A DNA stretch of 64,000 nucleotides from Perna viridis (lineage: Eukaryota): assembly GCA_037379345.1 (NCBI GenBank), contig CM074521.1, positions 30,900,704 through 30,964,703 on the forward strand, read 5' to 3'. A program made the position numbers and the translations under genes. The notes under the pieces were generated by a model that saw only the letters and a program-made list of their open reading frames with translations, made no database searches and was not told the origin of the DNA. This document shows, piece after piece, positions 50,603 through 62,100 of this stretch (position 1 is its first letter; each line of letters begins with the position of its first letter).

Positions 50603-52937
50603 GTGGGTTATTTTGTAGACTCATGCATGAATTCAAATCATGATATCATGAAACAATATTTTAATATTTAATAGAAATGTAGCACTGAGGTCACTTGTTT
50701 TACTATTTTTTTTAATATTTAATTGCAAAGCTCTGGAAATGGTAAAAAAGCTGGTCATTGACCAAGAAATTTTGTTTATGACTGATTACCATTTTCCAAT
50801 ACTGCAGACATCAAATATTATCAACCCTACTCCTACAACCCTACCTTAAACTTTTACTTCAGAGTCCCATTTTGCATACTGCTTGTTCCAACGTTCTTTG
50901 AAATTGGCAGAATTATAGTAAAATATTTACCATTTAAACATTTTATAACAGTTTCTTTGCCGTAACACGGGAGAAAGTGACTAAACTGAGAAAAAACTAA
51001 CGACCTACCTGATGAAAATCCAGCCATCCTGGAAATCCTTTGTAAAAGCAGTTTAAATGAACTGTACATTTGGTTTCCAGTCTTTTGAATGTCCACAAGC
51101 AGTTGCTAAAATTACTGATTTTATAATTTGTGAAATGAAAATATTAGATTAACCAATGAATTGCCTTCACCAACTTAAAGTTTGTTTTGTAAAAAATTAA
51201 TTGTATTCCCTAAAATTACTGACCCAATTAAATTGACTGGTCATTTTGATAACTGTTTTCATTATAATTGTTTTCTAGGTATTTAACAAAACTTTTGGAT
51301 TTTTATAGCTTGATTTCCAGTAGGTTGAACTTCTTTTATGTAAATAAAAGACTTAAAATAGTTTAAAACGCATGTTTAGCTTATTCACATTTGTGGTGTC
51401 TTTCAACATGTCAGATACTTGAGGTTAGGATGGCAGCAAGTCAGAAAATAGCTTGCCAGACAACCTCTAGCCCTGCTGGAGTATGTCAACCCTTATAAAC
51501 AGTCTGTTTGGTTTTATTAGTGTCAAAACATCCTATCTACCTGTCTCGTAATTGTTGGATAGGTGTGCTTCAATATTAGCCGACGTGCAGCCACCTGTGA
51601 CTTTGATTTACCTATTACTGATTGCATTAAATTATATTTATGAACGCACATGGCCCTGAAATTGTCTTCAAAGTGTTACGAATCTGTCACAGTTTGTAAT
51701 TAATTGATTTAATAATTTTAACACAGAAGGAAAAAACCCATTTCAAACAAATGTTTTTTTTCATCACTCGAAACCTCTCAGCTGATGTCCATTAGATACA
51801 ATGTTTTGTTAACTTGTTTTTCCTATTGGAAGTCCATGTGCATTTGAAACTGGCCTTGTTTATTTTTTTTACATTTGTTGATATTTTGTAACAGACATAG
51901 TATGTGATGATATAACACAAATTCCAATATATATCCTTAAATAATTATAAAAAAAATATTTTTAAAGTTTATACTCGGTCTGAGCATGTTAAAGACCAAC
52001 TCAAGCATCCAATATCATCTGCTTGATATACCATTTCGACAAATAATATCAAATCCTAAGTTTAACTTGTTTATAAACACCCATGTTTCTATTATGACTA
52101 AGGGATTTTAATATTTCTGTTATTATGTAGTGTATTTTATATTGGCTCAGTTACAGGTCCAAGGGTTATGTACCTCTGTCTGCCTGTCCATCTTCCACAC
52201 TTTTGCACACTACCACAATAAATAAAAAGTGCTGCCAAAATGTTTGTGAATCTTATATGGATGGTGTTGAGTTCCCTTTTGATTATTGTGAATTTCCAGA
52301 ATTTTGTTTTTTGAGTTACGGGACTTGTTTTATTAAAAAGAAATGAGGTGATTTTCTGTTTTTGGACTATCACTTAAAATTCAGTTAAACTTTGGTCAAT
52401 TCTTAATATATGGTAATAAGCTCCCATTCAATTTTTTGTGGGGTGGGGGGGGGGTTTCACAGTTTCCAGATTAATACTCAGTAGTGATTGCACCAATTGT
52501 TACCAAACTTAGGGAAATTGTTTTGTACTATGAATGTTAGTATGCTTTTTTATTGTTATATGTTTATATAGTTATTATTTAGTTAAATATGGATTTGAAA
52601 TCTATTCGAAGCGGTAGCCACTGCTACAAAATTACACTTTACATTACATGTATATATGGGATTGAAAAGGCAAGGAACCATGGGCCATTTACCCTTTCAG
52701 GCTGGAAATTGCCCTTACATCTAAAAGAAAACTAAATGGTTTCTTAACAAACGTCCCCTTCAGATTGTAAATACATGTATCTTTGAAAAATACTGAAAAT
52801 GTCCCCTTCTCAAAATTCTCTTCCCAACCACTGGTATGCATTTGTATGTATGATAAAGTATAAACTGACAAACAATACTTGAGCACTAAGTATCTGTTTA
52901 TTGTTGTTATTTCTTTTTATTCCAGGATACTGGTGAG

Positions 52938-53138
52938 ATGAAGTACTGCGGTGAAGTTAACTTTACAGATATATGGCTGGACAAGGGACTTAATCCATGT
53001 TTTATAGATACAGTGACATCCACTATACTGTTTGTTTTTATGTTGGTGTTTGGTTGTTTACAATGTTCTATGTTTAGAAAGTATTCAACCCCAATAGATA
53101 CAAACTCCAGTAAGGGTACATTAGGATTTACATTCCAG
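52938..53138 (+). CDS. ABCB6: ABCB6 first coding exon (TMD0)
   Basis: [15 protein letters not shown]; CAG|gtatgg donor. Confidence 0.9.
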
Positions 53139-56100
53139 GTATGGGCATCACTTGCCATGGTTTTTGCATGCTTTAAAAATGTACTCTATTGGTATTTTGT
53201 ATTACTGTTTTCTATATATACTTGTCCTAGAATTTTTCATCAGCAGAACTTGAGAGCACTTGAAGGAAATACAAATCTAATTGGTATACAGCTTTACCAC
53301 GATGGTCTCTGTCCATCATTAACATATAGTTTTCTAAACATCTTGACTCAAATTTTACATATTGGAAATATTTCTTCTGGTTTTTATTTCTGGATGTTTA
53401 TTTATGGTTATGTAAAGATGATAAATTCTTATATCAGTGGTACAAATACAAAATAATTTGCTTGCAAAGAGATAAACTTTGTATTTATTTGGCTTGACTA
53501 GAAATACAGACACATATGATGTTTTATAATAATATGTGTATATGATTTATTATTACCATAGACAATACATGTATGTATTTTGTTCATGTATTTTCTTTAT
53601 GTCAACAAGCTATGACATAGTTTCTAGTTCGTACAAGTTGATTTAAATAATATAGTTTGACCGTATGGTATTGTTAAGTACACATGTATATGAAATTCTG
53701 ATGTTTTCAAGCAGGTAATATAACTATGTGAGAATTCTGTTCTTTTACAGGTACTTTTTACAATAGTTTTAGCCACAGAGCCAGTAATACATGCAGTTTT
53801 ACAAGACACTGCTATTGATCCTCAGAAAGTTTATGGCTATGAACTATTAACTATGATAACACTGTTCTTTGCCTGGTCTGGGTCACTCAGACTCTTGTTT
53901 CTAGAGAGGAACACAGCCCTGCCCACAATTCCAACCAGGGGGCATGGTCTAGTTCTGATAATGCTGTGGACCCTGGCTCTTATAAAGGAACACTTGCCAT
54001 TTGTGTCATGGTGGAGTAAAGCATACTGGTGGAATCTCAAAACGTATGAATAAAACCTTTATCTAGTACAACTTTAAACAATCCTTTCCAAGTTTCATTT
54101 TTTAGTCATCTCAATGAAGATTACTCCAAAACAATTTTATTGTTATTTCATGAAATATTGCAATAACTTACAATGATAAATTTTATACTATAATTATTTT
54201 TTGTCAAGGTAGATGTGCTGTGTTATTGACTTTTGGAAAAACAGATATTTATCAATCCCATAGGGTGAGGTGAATATCTGAAGTTTTCCCAAAAGTCAAT
54301 GACACTTATGTTTACAGAAACAGAAGACAGTGATTATTTTATTATATTGTCCAGTCAAAAGTTGAAGACTGTTTGTTTATGCATTATCTCATGTCCATGA
54401 TATCTACTATTTTTCTAAGCATCTGGATTGTTAGTAAAGTATGGTATTTTTGAGAAATTTGCATTTTTAGAGCATTAAGATAATAATATTTTTTTCATAC
54501 AAACCATAGTTGTGAGTATGATCAAAAGATTACATCACAAATGAACCTGGCCTCAAATAACATTAACAACCTACCACTGTGTTTTACTACTCGGGACAGA
54601 ACACTGCCACTGTGTCTTACTACTCAGGACAGAACACTCTTACTTTTTACAAATATGGATATTCTAGATAAATTTCCCAGTCATACAGATAACAGACATA
54701 AATTAGTCCATCTATTTTCATTAAGGCTTCCCAATTGCCCTTTCTTTGGAGGTGGTGACAAAGTTCCTCCCAGCTCACTCACATTGTTTCTAATATTATG
54801 AAACAGACAACATATGTAGTCATGTGAAATTTCCACATCACAATTTGATTGAAAGATATAAATATTAGGATTTCTGTTTAATAAAAATGAAAAAAAAAAC
54901 ATAAGGATTATAAGTGAAACAGGTACACGTAAGTCTAAAACTAAACTTCTATCAATTTTGAAAGATGAATTTATACATGTATATATTTTTTATTATATCT
55001 AGGGTATGTTGACTGCTTACAAAATGAGAACTATCATCAATTACCTGATAGTCTAAATACATGATAGTAAAAATATTCTAATGACTATGTTATGTCAAAT
55101 CTATTGTACTATTGCCAATTAACAGAATCATGTCAGTTAACGTCCAAACATCACCTCTGGCCTTGTTATGCTCACTGTGACATGTTCTGTTTCTGTTATA
55201 ACTACAGTTATTCCTTATGATGTATTCATGAAAAGAAGATTTGGTTAGAACTATTATGTACATTTAATTTCTGAAAACCAAAGACAGTTGGAGTACAAAT
55301 ACTCATCTAAAATGAATTACTCTTTTACTATTATTATAAATTTTAATGTAATTTTTTACCCAAGTGCCTGTGATCTTATGACATAACCTTAGAAAAGTTT
55401 CAAAGAAACTGTGTAATTTAAAGTTTCTCATTTTTTTTCAGTGACTCAGACAAGATTGAGTTTGGACTGTGGGTGATTAGATACGTTTGTACTATATTTG
55501 TATTTTTAATTGGACTTAAAGCTCCTGGACTACCCAGAAGTATTCATCAATTCCTGGTCAATGAACAAAATCAGGTATTGCCTTATATATATCATAAAAA
55601 CTATTCGTAAAAAGAGGGATAGAAGAGGGGGGTTCAGTGCACTGTAAAACTTAGATTTAACCCATCTTTACGTTTGAAATGCCTGTACCAAGTCAGGATC
55701 ATTGTGATACAAGCTACTCCTGTGATGTAATATTTATTTTTGCCAGATTTATTTTGGACTTGACTTGATTATGAATTGGATTAGTGTTTGGTAATTTTGC
55801 CGTTACTTTTATTTAATTGATAATATAAGTAATAGGAGCAGATCCAGGATTTTTTTTAGGAGTGGCATAAATAGAAATAAAGACAAAATGCAGCAAAGCA
55901 AGAAAATGTTTGAGATTAGAACTTTTGAAATCAAAATTCTATGCAGTAAGAAAAAACTTTCCACAATTTTATGGGTGAGGTACAATGACACTCCTTTCCT
56001 TGGATCTTGGCCTGAGAATATAACTTTTAAGACACTATTGCTTAGTATTTTACTTTGGTAAAACTTGGCTGCTCAATGTAACATTTTGGAACTAACTGAA

Positions 56101-59100
56101 AAATTGTTAAATTGACTTTTTTTCTTTCATGAGCTAATTCAATGAATTAAACATTTGACTACAACTACTATAGTACCAGACAAATAAAACTAATGGATAT
56201 CAGTTGAGTGGGTCCATTCTTAGGCCTGTCTGTGGATCCCCTTTTCAGACACAACTATTTTGATATTTATTACTAAAATATCACTTGACTAGGTCCATTG
56301 TTAAGCCTGTCTGTGGATCCCCTTTTCAGAAACAACTACTGTGATTTTTATTACTAAAATATCACTTGAGTGGGTCCACTCTTAGGCCTGTCTGTGGATC
56401 CCCTTTTCAGAATCCACTACTGTTCATGTGATTTTTTTACTAAAATACCATTTTCTTTGTCTAGGCCCAAGGCAACACACAGCAGTCCACTTGGTCTAAT
56501 GTCATGAAGAAACTGAAGATAATGATACCCTATGTATGGCCTAAGGGTAGTTTGTGGAGACAGGGGTTGGTTATCTTATGTCTTGTCACGTTAGGAATAG
56601 GACGAGCTGTCAATGTATTTGTTCCTATTTATAGTAAATATATCGGTAAGTTCCTTTATTACATATACTGTGAATGTTCTATTGTTCGTGGGGTATTAAT
56701 TTTCGTGGTTTTCATGGGTAGGCTAAACCACAAAATTTGGTTCCCATAGACAAGGAGATTTACCTTTTTATGTGTATACTGAAAACCTTGAAGACCACGA
56801 ATTCAAGAATCCACAAACGTCTTTTTCTTCTCCCATCCATGAACATTGGTATCCACGAATAAAAGTACTTTCACAGTATTCAGGCATGTACTATTGCTTT
56901 AGATGTCTTTCAAACTTGTTTGAAGTGAAATATAAGATTTAACTTCACATCAGCATAACTTGGTTTTAGTTGTCAGATTTAAATAAATTTCAACTTTACA
57001 CTTTTTTAACACATCTCACATATCAGTCCAATCTTTACATTAGGACTTAAGGTTGTTAAAGACAATTAATTTATGAACTGTACACATGAAATATACTTTT
57101 ATGTGAAGTTCATATGAAGGATTTTATTTGAATTTTTGGTGAAATGGGATGTTACTAGTATCTGTTCTTGAAGTTGTCATGAATAAATCTGTTTTTGTAA
57201 TTGATGGTTATCGATTTTGGTCATTTAACAATATATTGTTGGTTTGTTATGACTTTTTGTGTTGCTATTTAACTACCAGTACATGTATTAAAGTTTTCAA
57301 TGAACATTGAGAGTTTAGTTCATATATGATGAAATAATTAATTTGATTTGTAAAAGTCTTCCTGATTGGTTGGTTCCCTTTTAGCAAACCAGGATATTTT
57401 GTATAAACTGGCTAGGTACTTTGATATCATTAATGATGTTTGTCTGCACTCTGCAATTCAAATAAGGTTTGATGAAACAACAAAACAGCTCCAACAAACA
57501 TATCTGGTCAATATCATAAATTGTAAGTGTAAAATTTATTTTAAGTTCGGAAAGAACAATGAGAGAATGTGTGTTACATTAAAACTTATATTCAGTTTTA
57601 CACTTAAGTGGACAACATTATGGTCACATGAGACAGATGGTCTTTATATACAGATTAACATTACATAGGATGTATTTATAAGCATTCCTGTATAGTCAAA
57701 CTTGTATGTGTCAACAACCACCCATTTTCAATAGTATGTAGTGCATTCTCTGTAACCTGTATGTACAGACCTCCTGTCTTTAATATGTAACCATGATTTT
57801 GCTTTTCCTTGGGAAGTCACTATTTCAATCAAGAGTCTTTTAGACACATTATTGCTGAATACATGTGACTAAAATAAGTTTTGACAGTATTTGTGAAACT
57901 TTCGCAGTTTTTGAATGTTGATTTTTATTTTTCAGTTAACAGTCTAACAGTTGTGATAAAGTCGACAGATGATGCCCTAGATACTACACAGGCAGAACCA
58001 ACTGTCCAGCAAACTGGGCCAGAATTCAGATGGGATTATATCCTCATATACTGTGCCTTAAAGTTTCTAAGTGGAAGTAGTAAGTTTGTGTTGTTGTAGA
58101 AAAGAAGAGAAATTTGAAGCAATTTTACAAATATCCTTTTCACTCATACAACAGTATTACTTGATTTTACTGAAGTATCAGTACTGTCATGTGATTAACC
58201 TTTCCCTGTTAAATATCTTAGAATACATTTCTTATTATAAGTTGTGTTATATTATCACAGTTTTTTGGCATTGACATTTTTAGGCAAAGATAGATCTGCT
58301 TTAGCAATTATTTTCACATGTCTTAGTTAATTCATTCATATATGCTAGTTCTTTCTTTTCTTATTAATACTACTTTGGTGGTTCCATGGTAGTGTGCTCA
58401 TCTCAGGTGGAGGAGGTCATGAGGTCAATCCCTAGTTGCTACCTCTCCCCTGAGCATCCTGCGTGTAGGAAATAGAGTGATAACTAGCTTCATCTGTAAT
58501 TTGTAACATTTTCCTTTGATGTATAAAGATTGATAATGCTTGTCAGAGCATACTGGCCCTGATATAAAAAATAACAGGTCAGTTTCAAACCAGACATGCC
58601 TGAAAAATCTTAACATCACAGTGAAGTTGAATGACATTGGCTCATCCTGACAAAATAGGACATTTGAAAGTAATCTTTTTCAAAGTCAAAATTTTGGTTT
58701 TTGTATCTTTTTAACATACGAAGAATAAAAGTAATATGTTACCTACAGAATACCAATAAACAGAATACAGGTTTTCTCTCAGGGATCTCAGGCTCGCTCA
58801 AATGGACTCAACCTGAGATACCTGTGATAAAGCCAGTATCAAAATCAAATTGCCTAATATTCTGTAAGGCTCAAAGTGAGAATAATGTGTTTTAGTTGGA
58901 TGGCATGCCAGCACAGGACATAGCAGCGTCTGAAATGCATGCAATGTCTGCCATAAGTCGTACAGCTACAATCAATGTCTGCCATAAGTCGTACAGCTAC
59001 AATCAGTGTCTGCCATAAGTCGTACAGCTACAATCAATGTCTGCCATAAGTCGTACAGCTACAATCAATGTCTGCCATAAGTTGTACAGCTACAATCAAT

Positions 59101-62100
59101 GTCTGCCATAAGTCGTATAGCTACAATCAATCTTATTCAATAAAATAGTACTTGTATATTTAACTTATCTTTTCTTAGCCTCCTCTGGGTTCCTGTCCAA
59201 TATGAGGACATTTTTGTGGATACCAGTTCAACAGTATACAACAAGAAGAATCTCTGTCAAATTATTCAGCCATCTTCACAAGTAAGTTCATGTTTTAAAT
59301 CTTAAATGTATTATTAAATACAGCTCTGTCTAAAAATCAGGCAGAGGCTTATAATGGGTGATTCATGCATTTCTTAATCCCAAATATATTTTATTACAAA
59401 TCCTTCTGAAGGCCCCACAGAAAATGTATTAGAAAATATAAGTGTAAATAAAAGTTGTCCTCTGGAGATGTTAAAGCTCAAAATGTTGTTATGTTCTACT
59501 ACAGAAAAAGAAAAGGAAAATTTCCCACTAGAATTTTTACACTAGAACCAATCAAATAATATTTCAAGATATTTAGGAGATCCCAAATATTTTTTGATTG
59601 AAATCCTTCAGTAGGCCTCATAGGAACTGTATTCAAAAATTATAGTGCATATGAAAGTCTACTACTGGAGATATTAACACAGATTTTGGTCATTTTCTAC
59701 TGCAGAAAAAGTAAAAAAACTTCCCACCAGAATTTTTACATCATAACCAGTCAAAAAATATTTCATGACAAGAAGCAGATGGGACAAGAGTTGTCCTTAG
59801 GACCTAACAAGTAAACAAATGTAACAAATATATTATATGATGAATTACCACTGCCTGAACCATACTTAAATAAAGTCCAACCTGGCATTTACAGAACCCT
59901 GAATTAATCTTAAATATCAAGTTTTTTTTTTATAATAAGTCCTTTTATAATAGTTAAAATATACTTTGAACCTTGGTCAAATTCTATCATCTAGTTAAGA
60001 ATAATAATGATAATTTTCTTATTCAATGCAGTTATCCTCCTTCTAATGCAGTGTTTAAATATATATGTGAAGAGGACAAAATAGTATCTTTTAAATACAG
60101 GAGTGGATCCAGAAATTCCCATCTAGAAATTTATAAACGGAAAGCTTTGGGATCCAGGCTATCATTTCCTTAATTTGTACCAAAAATTTGCATAAATTTA
60201 ACAGAACAGTTTTAGAACAAAAGGGGGTTTTCCAACCACCAGATCCCCCATTTGATTCACCACTGAAACATCTGAGCATGTATGAAAGTATATACCCTGA
60301 AATTTATGACATTATCCAGTAAAATTAGGATTTTGTTTTATATGCATTTATATTGCTGTGTTATAATCTGGTAAGAACCTATGTTTAAACTGTAGCATGG
60401 ATTGTGATTGAGCTAACCCTTAAAACTGGATAGTTTACCATATATATGGTTGTATATTACATGTACTACTTCTTTTTTCAAAATACTGGCTGATGCATAA
60501 AAATGATTGCATGACTGTTAACATTTTGATTTTTGTGGTTGCTAATTTTTTACGGATTCTGTCAAGTGAACATATTTGCAGGTATCATTTTTTGATGGTT
60601 TAAAAAATGTTTAGTTTTTAATAATGTTAAAACTCAATTTTGTGGGTACTATTTTCCATGGTTTTCTGTCCACTGTGAAAATAAGAAAAGTTAGTACACC
60701 ACACAAATCAATATGTTACTGTACTTAGACATAACTAACTGTATGTTAGCTTTTGTCTGTGGTTATGTGCTTTATGTCATATCTAGTCTATTCTTTCTAC
60801 TAAAGCTTATCACTACGCTGGCACCTATCCAGAAAAACTGGCGAAGTACTGAGAGTAATGGATAGAGGTACTACTAGTTTGAATAGTTTACTCAGGTGAG
60901 GATTTGACAAACTTTTCATAAACAGAGAATCTGAGAGCATTGACACAAGCCATTACAATACTGTATTAGTGTTATTTTTTCATGGTGATTTAATGTTCGC
61001 TATATTCTCGGACAAAGTTGGAATGCAAAAATTAAATCACACAAAATATTTATGAAGATAAAACAGAGTTGTTGATCTTGCTCACTCATTTAAATTTTTG
61101 TCTGTCATGAAAATGACAGTATGTGGCATTATATAGATGTAACCTGAAAGCCCAGGTAATATTTTCGTTCCTCAAGTTTTTCTCAAATATAACCCTGGGT
61201 CACCAGTGACATCTTCTGGCTTTTGATTGGCTGAGCGAATATGACATTATTTTATTTACTTTTACACATTCTAATATTCAAATTCAAAGAAAAATACATT
61301 TAAATATTTTTTTCAAATTACTTCTTTCGAAATAAATGCAAAATTATAAAGTCAATTCAGATAATCTAATCTTTGTTTTTATTTTATTTCATAAGCGGCT
61401 ATATACTCGTATATTGTGCATATCCATCAGTGGTGACCTGAGTCTATATTTTTAGTGATCCTACGGTCCCTTATGATATTGACCAGGGAACCAGATTATA
61501 TATAGATGGGATGTATGTTGATTTTAATTTCTGTCAGATATTAACTTCCTGTATGGATGGGAGAACACTTACCACAACAATGCATGCGACTTCATATTTC
61601 TTTTGTCTCTAGAATACTCATTTCTGTTTTTATTGTAGCTATGTTCTGTTCAACATTCTGCCTACCATTATAGATATTACAATAGCAGTGATATATTTTG
61701 TGACAGCATTTAATTATATCTTTGGTCTGTTGGTGTTTTTGTGTATGGCCATGTATCTTGGTAAGTTGACGAAATAAAATTTTTGTAATTTGTTTCCAAA
61801 AACTCTGAAAAGGGATTACCAACTGATTTGAAGTAACTTAAAACATGCTGTTAAACACACACACACAAGATAAAGATACACTCATTACAGCAATGAGATT
61901 GCCATAAATGCACTAAAATAGGAATCTTCAATGATATGCAGAGATGGGAAAAATGTGTTGTTTTAAAGATAAAACTTTTTGCAGTATATACTTCATTTAG
62001 TGAGGCTGAGAAGTCAGTTTAATAAGACACCTCATTTTAAAGGTTTTACTTATATCCTCTGTATTTACAGGATATACCTTATAAGGTCAGACTAATATCC

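Noticed and set aside
53139-53456. C-terminal extension of the 172-aa ORF
   Set aside because: Read-through into the intron; ABCB6 similarity resumes at 53751.
54220-54305. Pre-miRNA-like hairpin
   Set aside because: Resembles the palindromic MITE cores seen elsewhere in the window; no recognisable mature miRNA.
58375-58440. tRNA gene
   Set aside because: A and B boxes are degenerate and there is no cloverleaf; better explained as a SINE relic.
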